64,000 nucleotides of DNA from an uncultured Candidatus Saccharibacteria bacterium (GTDB taxonomy: Bacteria > Patescibacteriota > Doudnabacteria > UBA920), in contig CAZKVS010000002.1 in assembly GCA_964556325.1 (NCBI GenBank), positions 13,599-77,598 of the forward strand, given 5' to 3'. Of this stretch, positions 49,198 through 58,391 are shown one piece after another; position 1 is the first letter of the stretch; each line of letters opens with the position of its first letter. The notes beneath the pieces were generated by a model. It saw only the letters and a list, made by a program, of their open reading frames with translations. It was not told the origin of the DNA and did no database searches. The position numbers were made by a program, and so were the translations under genes.

Positions 49198-49638
49198 ATA
49201 AGCACCTTAGTTTTCTCGTGAAATAAAAACACCAGTTAACAGATCAGTTCTAGAAAGTCTTTTTTATTTTTGATTTGTTAATTGTGCCTCCACTATACGT
49301 GGGGAAGATGCCTGCTCGGTGCGGCTGTATAAGCCTACCAATGCGGACATATGTATTTTTTCTTTAGATCTAATTTTACATTTGATCTTTTGCACGATTT
49401 AACAACGAAATACATTAGTATTTCACAATAACTGTAAGGGGCTTTGTTGCCACCACTGAAATCCGGGAACACATATGTTTTAGACGGCACGTCAGAATTA
49501 GACAACACTCCCCTTATAGTTACAGGCCTATAATAAAGACTTGGCTATATATAAGCTCTTCAATGCCGCGTACGCATGTATAATTGCGTGAGCGCTTGTA
49601 AACTTTGTATATATACAAGTCATAATCTTAATTTTAGT

Positions 49639-51510
49639 ATGATAAAACGCAATCCTATGCCACCAAGTAATTCTCGCCCTAATGGCCCTAGGCCTACCGG
49701 TAACAATCGACGCCAGCCATTTCCGCTGAAGCCAGTTTCCTCCGACCACTTTATAACCCCAGAACCAAGCACAGTTCGCATGAGTTCCGGAAGCGGCGCG
49801 CCAGCAGGCGCTGTTGCTACGAGCAAACACACGGTTAGTCGTACCACACTTCGCGTTATCCCTTTAGGAGGCGTAGAAGAAGTTGGTGTGAACTGTACCG
49901 CATTTGAATACGGTGACGATATTATTGTAGTCGACATGGGTTTGGCGTTTCCAGATGAAACCATGCCGGGTATAGACTATATTATTCCCGACACCAAATA
50001 TTTAGAGGACAACAAGCATAAAATTCGTGGCATATTTATTACCCACGCCCACTTAGACCACATTGGCGCCCTTCCGTACGTATTGGCCAAGCTGGGTGAT
50101 CCCCCAATTTACACCATGCCACTTTCGGCCGGGCTTATTCGCAAGCGTATGGAAGAGTTCAATATGGTGAACCGCACCCGTATAAACGCCGTCACCAAAG
50201 ACGACGTAGTACCTCTCGGTGCGTTTCGAGTGGAGTTCTTCCGCCTTAACCATAACATCCCTGACTGTATTGGTATGCGCATTCAAACACCTGTTGGGAA
50301 CGTCTTGTACGCGACTGATTGGAAGTTCGACCATACCCCTACTGATCAGCGGCCAACTGAGTTTGAAAAAATTGCTCGTTTTGGCGGCGAAGGCATACTT
50401 TTATTGCTTTCCGACTCAACTAATGCAGCTAAGCCAGGTTACTGTGTTTCGGAAACTGAATTAGCAAAGAACATTGACCGCATTTTCGCGGATTCGAAGG
50501 GGCGCATAATTTTTGCCACCTTCTCTCAGCTCATTTCTCGTATACAGTCCGTCTGTGACTCTGCCCAAAAGCATAATCGCAAGATTATTGTAACTGGTCG
50601 TTCTATGGTTAACGCCATTGAAATTGCTTTGTCCATGGGCTACCTACGAATTGAACCAAAAATATTTATCAAATCAGAACAAGCTCGCAAGTTTCCTGAT
50701 AACCAAATAGTTGTACTTACTACCGGCGCTCAAGGCGAAGAAGCTTCGGCTCTTGCCCGTATGGCTCGTGGTGAACATAAAATTATCCGCGTAAAACCAG
50801 GTGACACGGTAGTAGTATCGGCCTCCCCTATTCCGGGCAATGAACGGTCCGTAGTAAGCGTGTTAGACAACCTCACCCGCGCGGGTGCAGAAGTTATTTA
50901 CAGTAAACTGTTAGATATTCACTCTTCCGGGCACGCCCAACAGGAAGAGCTCAAGCTTATGTTCGGCCTAACCAAACCCAAGTATTTTGTTCCTATTCAT
51001 GGCGAGCACCACATGCTTGTCTCACACAGTAAGCTCGCACAGACTGTGGGTATTCCTGCGCAAAATTGTTTTGTATTGGACAATGGAAGCATTTTAGAAT
51101 TTAACTCGGCAGGTGATGCAAAGCTCAGCGACGCCAAAGTTGATGCCGGCTACATTTTTGTAGACGGGCTCGGTGTAGGTGACGTAGGTGAAGTAGTGCT
51201 TCGAGATCGCCAGGTTATGTCTACCGACGGTATGTTTGTTATTATTGTTGCTCTTGAGCACAAGACTGGCAAACTTATTAACCAACCGGATATTATCTCT
51301 CGTGGTTTCATTTACATGAAAGGCAATGAAGATATTATTCGTGAAGTAAAGCATGAAGTCCGGAAGATTTGCGAAAACAAGTCTAACCACAAGCAGACTG
51401 AGCCTAACTACGCATTCCTCCGCCAGGTCATTCGTGACCAAGTCGGTGAATACCTGTTTCAAAAAACAAACCGTCGTCCAATGGTACTGCCTGTTGTAAC
51501 GGAAGTATAA
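49639..51510 (+). CDS. rnj: Ribonuclease J
   Basis: PLGGVEEVG.N, THAHLDHIG, DWKFD.TP, HSSGHA, PIHGE, RRPMVLP. Confidence 0.97.
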   Translation: MIKRNPMPPSNSRPNGPRPTGNNRRQPFPLKPVSSDHFITPEPSTVRMSSGSGAPAGAVATSKHTVSRTTLRVIPLGGVEEVGVNCTAFEYGDDIIVVDMGLAFPDETMPGIDYIIPDTKYLEDNKHKIRGIFITHAHLDHIGALPYVLAKLGDPPIYTMPLSAGLIRKRMEEFNMVNRTRINAVTKDDVVPLGAFRVEFFRLNHNIPDCIGMRIQTPVGNVLYATDWKFDHTPTDQRPTEFEKIARFGGEGILLLLSDSTNAAKPGYCVSETELAKNIDRIFADSKGRIIFATFSQLISRIQSVCDSAQKHNRKIIVTGRSMVNAIEIALSMGYLRIEPKIFIKSEQARKFPDNQIVVLTTGAQGEEASALARMARGEHKIIRVKPGDTVVVSASPIPGNERSVVSVLDNLTRAGAEVIYSKLLDIHSSGHAQQEELKLMFGLTKPKYFVPIHGEHHMLVSHSKLAQTVGIPAQNCFVLDNGSILEFNSAGDAKLSDAKVDAGYIFVDGLGVGDVGEVVLRDRQVMSTDGMFVIIVALEHKTGKLINQPDIISRGFIYMKGNEDIIREVKHEVRKICENKSNHKQTEPNYAFLRQVIRDQVGEYLFQKTNRRPMVLPVVTEV

Positions 51511-51521
51511 AGTTATAATTT

Positions 51522-51556
51522 AAAAAGTCCTCCGGTATAACACCGGAGGACTTTTT
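51522..51556. terminator. Bidirectional terminator
   Basis: aaaaagtcctccggt-ataac-accggaggactttttt. Confidence 0.85.
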
Positions 51557-52722
51557 TATTTTTCATTAAGCACTTGCAAATGATTGTTCATTCGGCGGGC
51601 GTACTTGGCTATTCTCGGAGGGCACAGAGCAAGAAATGTCCGAGCCTGTTCGTCATCCGCCTGCTCTAGCCATTCCCCTGCCGTACGAATGGCAGCTTCG
51701 GGAGCATGGTGGGCTGACGCGAGAAATAAAGCAATATCTTCAGGCTTCTCACCCGCAAGGTTGCTTAAACGGGTTAAAACTGTTTTGTCCTGTCGTTGAT
51801 TTTTTAAATAACTAATTAAATGACATGCATTATCCACCATATATAGAACCGCCGCCGCGTGATGCGCAGCTCCTCGAAGCGAACCCACCGTATCAGGTAT
51901 TCGCAGACGCTCGGGCAAGGCGGCGTTAATTATGGAAGCCCCCACAGGCTCCGCCGCTGCTCCGTCCAAAGCATGAGTGGTAAATTGGTAAGGACCGAAC
52001 GATACCAATGGATCATATAAAGCAGGAATGCTTTCTATAAATTCCTTGCCCGCATGTTGCAAAAGTAAATCAAAAGCACTCTTATTTATACGACCGTTCT
52101 CCGAAGGCATGAGCTCAGTCATGCAGAGTGCTGAAAGGTTCACGCCTGAAACGCCCTTTAATAGCTTTTGTACGAGCTCAATGTCCGGTTCGCTCATGCC
52201 CTTGAGCATACGAACCGCGTCCCAATTTATATTTTTTAAAACTACTCTTACAGCATTATCGGCCTCAGCGGTAAATTGCTCCGCACTACTTGGAGTGGGC
52301 TCATTCTTGCAATACTCATCCAACACTGCGTCGGCCACTGCTTTTACTTTAAGATTTCCATGTGAACGCTCGTTTTTCTTCACCCACATTGCAATAAGTC
52401 GCTCCGGAAAATTAACCGTAAGGCGTTCGGGCATCTTCCCATCTTCTATACCGAAATATTCCACAAACAATTTCTCCGGCATATCAGCGCCGGCCAACTC
52501 ACCTGTATCAAAACTAGCCTCCCACGTTTCCCGAGGTTCTCTTGTGATGTGTTCACGTACGGGAACCTCATCGCTGGAACCCAATTTTTCTCCAGCGAGA
52601 GAAGTCAGCGCGAGCGCACCCAAACCCACCCCCGCACTCCGCAAAAAATGACGCCGGGTTACTAGATTTTTGGGTTCATTAGGTTCGCTAAAATCTCTTG
52701 GTTGCCGTTCAAATATAGACAT
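51556..52722 (-). CDS. Hypothetical exported protein with twin-arginine-like N-terminus
   Basis: TRRHFLRS followed by a hydrophobic helix; SFGPYQFT and ASAHHAP are reminiscent of a lysozyme-like fold. Confidence 0.7.
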   Translation of the reverse strand: MSIFERQPRDFSEPNEPKNLVTRRHFLRSAGVGLGALALTSLAGEKLGSSDEVPVREHITREPRETWEASFDTGELAGADMPEKLFVEYFGIEDGKMPERLTVNFPERLIAMWVKKNERSHGNLKVKAVADAVLDEYCKNEPTPSSAEQFTAEADNAVRVVLKNINWDAVRMLKGMSEPDIELVQKLLKGVSGVNLSALCMTELMPSENGRINKSAFDLLLQHAGKEFIESIPALYDPLVSFGPYQFTTHALDGAAAEPVGASIINAALPERLRIPDTVGSLRGAAHHAAAVLYMVDNACHLISYLKNQRQDKTVLTRLSNLAGEKPEDIALFLASAHHAPEAAIRTAGEWLEQADDEQARTFLALCPPRIAKYARRMNNHLQVLNEK

Positions 52723-53002
52723 AAGACTACTCTTGTCTTTTAGTATAGCACTCGTAAAACTTGATGGGCATCTTCGGGAAGATACCCATCAAGTGTGCTG
52801 GCTGAAAAAAGAAGTGGTAAAGGCGCTAAGTTTGCTTAAAACAATCGACTCGTTTACACTACATATATGCAAAAATTAATCGGCCTCAATCAAATCTGGT
52901 GGAAAGCATTACTCTGGCGGTAAGGCTGATTTTAGCATAATCTAAACAGCACCCCGCCGGGGTGCTTTTGTTTTAACTATCTAGTTCAGTTATACTAACT
53001 TT

Positions 53003-53980
53003 ATGAACAAAGAAACTATAGTAGGCGGCATACGAGCCACTAGCAAGCTCCATATTGGTAACTACCTGGGCGCACTTAAGCCATTTGTTGAGCTCTCCAA
53101 AGATAGAGAGAAGACGAGCTTCTTTTTCATTGCTGACCTGCACGCCCTCACCACTCCTTTCGAACCACACGAGCTAAGACAGAACTCAGTAGAAGTAGCA
53201 GCCGAATATATTGCAGCTGGTTTGGATGTAAATAACGCTGTTTTTTTTCTGCAAAATCACGTCCACGAACATGCCGAACTTGCCTGGATATTCAACTGCA
53301 TACTACCAATTGCCGAACTAGAACGGATGACTCAGTACAAAGACAAATCAAACCAACATAAAGACAATATCAATGCAGGTCTACTCACCTATCCTTGTTT
53401 AATGGCTGCAGATATTCTTGTATATAAAGCTCAAGGAGTCGCAGTAGGACACGATCAAGTACAGCATGTGGAACTATCAAGAATAGTCGCAAGAAAGTTT
53501 AATAACCGATTTGCGAATGTGTTCCCAGAGCCAAAAACGTACTCCTCCGATCCGCTGCGTATTATGAGCATCAAAGATCCGAGCAAGAAGATGAGCAAGA
53601 CGGGAGATGTTCCATTGTATATAGACGATGAGCCAAAAATAATTCATGAAAAGATAAAAAAAGCAGTCACCGCAACGGATGGTGCGGGAAAGTCAGCAGG
53701 GGCAGAAAATCTTTTAGGCTTACTTGCACACTTTGGCAGTCATGCCAATATTGAACACTTCAATGACATGCAGCAAACGGGCACGCTTAAGTTTAGCGAG
53801 CTGAAAGAAGCCTTGGCCACAGACATAGCTGAGCACTTTGCAGAGTTTCGAGAAAAGAAAAAAGAGCTTCTTGCTCGACCGGAATACCTAGCCGAAGTGT
53901 TGGGGGAAGGTGCCCGCAAAGCTCGAGAAGTTGCCCACGAAACGCTACGCGAAGTAAAAGAAAAAATTGGACTGCTATAG
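53003..53980 (+). CDS. trpS: Tryptophanyl-tRNA synthetase
   Basis: HIGNYLGA, RMTQYKDK, YP.LMAADIL, VG.DQ.QH, KMSK. Confidence 0.98.
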   Translation: MNKETIVGGIRATSKLHIGNYLGALKPFVELSKDREKTSFFFIADLHALTTPFEPHELRQNSVEVAAEYIAAGLDVNNAVFFLQNHVHEHAELAWIFNCILPIAELERMTQYKDKSNQHKDNINAGLLTYPCLMAADILVYKAQGVAVGHDQVQHVELSRIVARKFNNRFANVFPEPKTYSSDPLRIMSIKDPSKKMSKTGDVPLYIDDEPKIIHEKIKKAVTATDGAGKSAGAENLLGLLAHFGSHANIEHFNDMQQTGTLKFSELKEALATDIAEHFAEFREKKKELLARPEYLAEVLGEGARKAREVAHETLREVKEKIGLL

Positions 53981-53981
53981 G

Positions 53982-54017
53982 ATAGAAGAGCAAGAAGAAA
54001 TAGAAGAATTAGAAGAG
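53982..54017 (+). repeat. 9-mer array (NNAGAAGAR x4), left flank of the four-helix-bundle gene
   Basis: atagaagag caagaagaa atagaagaa ttagaagag. Confidence 0.85.
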
Positions 54018-54047
54018 CCAGCATACATAATTGATACATACACTATT

Positions 54048-54416
54048 ATGTACGAAAGTGGAAACTTTCAATCATATAAGGATTTAATTGTTTGGCAGAA
54101 ATCTTTAAAGCTAACGCACCTGGTTTATAACATAACCAAACGATTACCTAAAAGCGAGCTGTTTGGATTGGTTTCGCAAATGCAACGATCGGCAGTTTCC
54201 ATACCTTCTAATATCGCCGAAGGCTACGATAGAAACAATCCTGGAGAATTTAGACAATTTCTCGGAATCGCTTACGGATCCAGCGCAGAACTAGAGACTC
54301 AATTAATTCTCTGTACAGGAGAATACCCACACATCAGTTATACCGAAGCCACTGAAAGACTTGACGAAGTTAGGAAGATGTTAAAATGCTTAATCCTAAA
54401 ACACAAAAACCGGTAA
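54048..54416 (+). CDS. Four-helix-bundle protein (TIGR02436 / 23S rRNA IVP / bAvd-like)
   Basis: YKDLIVWQKS...LPKSELFGLVSQMQRSAVSIPSNIAEG...FLGIAYGSSAELETQL. Confidence 0.95.
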   Translation: MYESGNFQSYKDLIVWQKSLKLTHLVYNITKRLPKSELFGLVSQMQRSAVSIPSNIAEGYDRNNPGEFRQFLGIAYGSSAELETQLILCTGEYPHISYTEATERLDEVRKMLKCLILKHKNR

Positions 54417-54445
54417 CTACCGGTTTTTGTGTTACATCATAAAAA

Positions 54446-54487
54446 TTCTATCTCTTCTAGTTCTTCTCTCTCTTCTCATTCTTCTCT
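54446..54487 (-). repeat. 9-mer array, inverted, right flank of the four-helix-bundle gene
   Basis: ttctat ctcttctag ttcttctct ctcttctca ttcttctct. Confidence 0.85.
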
Positions 54488-55274
54488 AGAGGACCCTGCT
54501 ATCCCCCACCTGCAACACAGGCAACTTCGGGTTCTTTGCCCACACGGCGTCATCTGCGGCGTTCAGGGGGACAATCATTTCTGGTTTACCACCATTAGCA
54601 GTAAATACGCTCATACTTGGCACACCAATTAACCCGTCTGCACCGGAATAGTATAGAGTCCCATCTTTCCACTTTAACCAACTCCCCCACGGGTGTTCTT
54701 GCGTAGCGCTGTTTAATACGTAACTGCCTGCGCGAGTATAACTAGACAAGTTCAGTTTCTTTACATTCTTTAAATTGTACCCAAGCCCGGTGAAAGCGGC
54801 CATGCTGGTGAACGGCACCTTTATTTTGTCTTTCGCCATAAGGAAATATATAACTCCTCCATCCTGCGCAAGCGTGCCGGTCGGCTGAGCAGGAATAGTA
54901 ACAACTGCGCCGCCTTTGGTGGTAAAGGTAAGACCGGCAATAAAACCACCGTCATTTTTGCTGGTGACTGTATTTACTTCATATACATATGTAGTTCCGG
55001 GCACTAAGTTACGCAGGGTCATACTATGTTGGGTGACAGAGGTAAGATCAAAAACCGACAACTGTGGACCGCCAGACTGGAGTTTATACCCCACCCATGA
55101 ATCCCCTGCCACATTACTCTGCCACGAAACCACCGCGCTAGTCTCGGTTATGTTAGTCACTGCAACCTTAGAAATAGTCACGGCCGCGCGTGCTACAAGT
55201 GGCATGGTAGAGAGCGCCAGACTACTCAGTAGAACTGCGGAAACTGCATATACTTTTAAAATACGTCCGTTCAT
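54486..55274 (-). CDS. Secreted FN3-domain protein (paralog 2)
   Basis: Signal peptide; SAVVSW...HSMTLRNLVPGTTYVYEV. Confidence 0.8.
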   Translation of the reverse strand: MNGRILKVYAVSAVLLSSLALSTMPLVARAAVTISKVAVTNITETSAVVSWQSNVAGDSWVGYKLQSGGPQLSVFDLTSVTQHSMTLRNLVPGTTYVYEVNTVTSKNDGGFIAGLTFTTKGGAVVTIPAQPTGTLAQDGGVIYFLMAKDKIKVPFTSMAAFTGLGYNLKNVKKLNLSSYTRAGSYVLNSATQEHPWGSWLKWKDGTLYYSGADGLIGVPSMSVFTANGGKPEMIVPLNAADDAVWAKNPKLPVLQVGDSRVL

Positions 55275-55283
55275 AGTTGTACA

Positions 55284-56183
55284 TTATAATATTCGCTCAT
55301 CACCGGGTATTAGCACGGGTAAAGCAGGACGCTCTTGCAGCACTTTTTTATCCGCTGCATTTAACGGTACAATCATATCCGCCGTACCACCATTGGCGTA
55401 AAACACATCCATCGATGTGACACCAATTAAACCGGACGAGTGACTATAGTAAATAGTCCCATCCTGCGCCCTGAGCCAACTCCCCCACGGGTGTTCTTCA
55501 GTTGCGCTGGAAATAATATACCCGGACGAAACACGGAAACTAGATACATCTATTTTTTGTACGTGTGATAACTTGTATCCTAGACCGGTAAAGGCTACCA
55601 GGGTACTAAATGGAATTTTAACTGCATCTTTAACCATGAGGAAATATATAGTACTTCCCTCTTGCACAAGCGTGCCGGTAGCATACCCGGATGCGACTGG
55701 CGGGGTATAGAGCAAGCCTTCGGTAGACGCAGTAGACTGTGCAGGATTTTGAGTTTGTTGCGTAGGTGGAGGAGGAGTAACAACTATAGGACCGCTGGGC
55801 GTACTGAATGGCGTACCCGACAAAGATACATTGTTCCCTTCAGTATCTGCGGAGTTCACCGTGAACGCGTACTTAGTTTCGGGCTTAAGTCCGGTTAAGG
55901 TAATCTTGTGGCTGGTTACTAAGTTATCGTCTTGCAAGTTCTGGACCTTGCTCTCTCCGGTACCTATGTAAGAAATAAACGTATCAGAAGGAATGTCCGT
56001 ATTCCATGTAATTACGGCTGTAGTACTGGTGACAGTACCAACGCTCAGCTGGGCAATAGTTGGGTCTGCCCATACTTGTCTGGGAGCAAGGCTTGCCAGG
56101 CAAAACACCAAAAAAAGCAGGATAGGTGTGACACCGCCCGCTTTTTTCAAACCCACGCGTAACCGTTGGAATGTTAATTGCAT
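55284..56183 (-). CDS. Secreted FN3-domain protein (paralog 1)
   Basis: TAVITWNTD...HKITLTGLKPETKYAFTV; shares its C-terminal domain with the neighbour. Confidence 0.8.
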   Translation of the reverse strand: MQLTFQRLRVGLKKAGGVTPILLFLVFCLASLAPRQVWADPTIAQLSVGTVTSTTAVITWNTDIPSDTFISYIGTGESKVQNLQDDNLVTSHKITLTGLKPETKYAFTVNSADTEGNNVSLSGTPFSTPSGPIVVTPPPPTQQTQNPAQSTASTEGLLYTPPVASGYATGTLVQEGSTIYFLMVKDAVKIPFSTLVAFTGLGYKLSHVQKIDVSSFRVSSGYIISSATEEHPWGSWLRAQDGTIYYSHSSGLIGVTSMDVFYANGGTADMIVPLNAADKKVLQERPALPVLIPGDERIL

Positions 56184-56299
56184 ACTATAAATTTTATTTT
56201 TATTTCTGTTCGAACTATAACAAAGTAATTATAGCATAGTTTTGTGCTTTATGCAAATAAATGCAACGCGAATATCGAAATTAAAGCTTCTTAATGTTT

Positions 56300-56396
56300 T
56301 CTGTCATTCCTAGCGAAGAGGATTTTGCGACTGAGGCGAGGAATCTCTCAATTCTGCGTAGATCCCTCGACTCGATGACTCGCTCGGGATGACAGA
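56300..56396. repeat. REP/RPE-like inverted doublet
   Basis: tgtcattcctagcga...cgaggaatct / agatccctcg...tcgctcgggatgaca. Confidence 0.8.
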
Positions 56397-56428
56397 TGGA
56401 GTTAATTTAGATATTCACGCAATAGTCG

Positions 56429-58246
56429 CTAAAACACATTTACAACCACCTCCGAAAGAATGTCTTCAAATATTTTTGCCATCGCTACTTCCACCTGTTC
56501 TGCTTCAGCGTCTATGGCTGCTTTAGTTTTTTCCTGTATACGCCCTTTTATTGCAGTGTAGTATTTCATCTTCGGTTCGGTTCCGGACGGACGGACGTGA
56601 ATTACATTGCGTTCATCGTCACTAAAAAAGAAAGAAAGCATATCGCCCTTATCCCATGCGCGAGTCTCCAGCAGCGCGCCTGTTTGTCCATCTTTCACTT
56701 CTCCGGTCATACGATCTATCACTTTCACCACTTTCCTACCTGCAATTTCCGTAGGTAACTGCTGGCGCAATTTTGCCATGGCCATATTCATCTGGTCAAA
56801 TGAGCCAAAGCCTTCTATAAGGCGATAAAAAAGACGTTCGGCATAGTATCCGTATTTCTGATAAATAGACTCAAGCAACTGCATACCAGTCGTACCGTTG
56901 GCCTTGCACCATGCCGCCATTTCTGCCGCCACAATAGCAGGAGTCTCAGCGCCCTTATCACGGTAGTCATTGCTAAATAAATACCCCACACTTTCTTCAC
57001 TGCCAAACAAAAAAGTTTTTTCGGTAGGCAAATGTTCCTGACGGTCTCCAATAAACTTAAACCCTACCAGCAGGTCGCCAATGGTCTCAGCGCCAAAACT
57101 TTCAGCGACATCGCGAAGCAAGTCCGTGGTCACTGAGGTTTTAATAACAACAGGATGTTGTGGTAAGCGTCCAGCTTCTTTGAGCGCATTCATGTAAAAA
57201 TAGCCCATTAACACAGCGCCTTGATTGCCATTTAAGTTAACCCAAGCACCAGCTTCATCTTGCAGAGCAATACCCAATCTGTCCGCGTCAGGATCGGACA
57301 CAATTATTATGTCCGGGCTAACCTTCTCTGCTAATGCAATAGCCTGTTTATACACAACCGAAAATTCTGGGTTAGGAAAATGTCCTTCAACATTTGGAAA
57401 ATTACCATCTAAACTCATCTGCTCTTCCACAACATCTATATCGCTAAAACCCAGTGCTTTAAGCACAGGCAATACAGATTGAGAACCCACACCGTGCAAG
57501 GGTGAATACACTATCTTTACGTCCCGACCGGGATAGACCGATACTTTCTTGGCCGACTCCGCAAAGGCCTCGTCCACTGAATCGTCAATGTATCGAATTG
57601 TTCCTGCAGCAAGCGCTTCTTCAAAAGTCAGTTTTTTAATTGCATCAACTGCCTTAAATTCAGCTTCAATGTGCATACCCACCTCAGGCAACACCTGTAT
57701 ACCTCGTTCGTCATACACTTTATAGCCGTTAAACTCAGGCGGGTTATGACTGGCAGTGACTACGATACCGCCTGCGAGTTGTAAGTGGCGCACGGTAAAA
57801 GACAGCTCAGGTGTGGCACGATAGTACTTAAAAATATAGACAGGCACCCCGTTAGCCGCTAAGACCCGGGCAGTCTCTTTCATAAACTCTTGGGAATTAA
57901 TACGACTATCATAAGCTATGGCTATTCCCTTATGCGCGATGTCAGTTTTGTATTTTAAAAGGTATTGTGCGTAGGCCTGCGAGGCCCAGCGAATCATATA
58001 TGCGTTTAAGCGGTTCGTACCCAAATCCATCACTCCGCGTAAACCTCCTGTGCCAAAAATAAGTACGCGATAGAACGCATCCATGAGCATATCCCAGTCC
58101 GGCTTGGAAAGTCGGGCCCGAAGCTCAGGCATAAACTCTTCAAACTCTTCTTGGGTGAGCCATTTAACTATTTCTTCATAAGCCGTCTTATTAAGGCGCT
58201 TCTCTGCCAGAGCAGAGTCCAAAACTGCTTGAATTGTAGTGTCCAT
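56429..58246 (-). CDS. Phosphoglucomutase/phosphomannomutase family protein
   Basis: FGTGGLRG, TASHNP, DPDADR, EESVGY, RPSGTEPK. Confidence 0.95.
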   Translation of the reverse strand: MDTTIQAVLDSALAEKRLNKTAYEEIVKWLTQEEFEEFMPELRARLSKPDWDMLMDAFYRVLIFGTGGLRGVMDLGTNRLNAYMIRWASQAYAQYLLKYKTDIAHKGIAIAYDSRINSQEFMKETARVLAANGVPVYIFKYYRATPELSFTVRHLQLAGGIVVTASHNPPEFNGYKVYDERGIQVLPEVGMHIEAEFKAVDAIKKLTFEEALAAGTIRYIDDSVDEAFAESAKKVSVYPGRDVKIVYSPLHGVGSQSVLPVLKALGFSDIDVVEEQMSLDGNFPNVEGHFPNPEFSVVYKQAIALAEKVSPDIIIVSDPDADRLGIALQDEAGAWVNLNGNQGAVLMGYFYMNALKEAGRLPQHPVVIKTSVTTDLLRDVAESFGAETIGDLLVGFKFIGDRQEHLPTEKTFLFGSEESVGYLFSNDYRDKGAETPAIVAAEMAAWCKANGTTGMQLLESIYQKYGYYAERLFYRLIEGFGSFDQMNMAMAKLRQQLPTEIAGRKVVKVIDRMTGEVKDGQTGALLETRAWDKGDMLSFFFSDDERNVIHVRPSGTEPKMKYYTAIKGRIQEKTKAAIDAEAEQVEVAMAKIFEDILSEVVVNVF

Positions 58247-58391
58247 AAGAAAGGTAAATACCAATTATGAGTACGTATAACTGAGTATATTTTACCACCG
58301 TCACATATTTTTACATAGCCTTGGCGTATAGTCTATTTTCCGCTAAAATATGAGGGAACGTTTCATATAATTATTTCTGAACGCATATTTC

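Noticed and set aside
54048-54416. Diversity-generating retroelement (Avd-like gene)
   Set aside because: No reverse transcriptase was found. The neighbouring paralogs differ at all base types, not in an adenine-specific TR/VR pattern.
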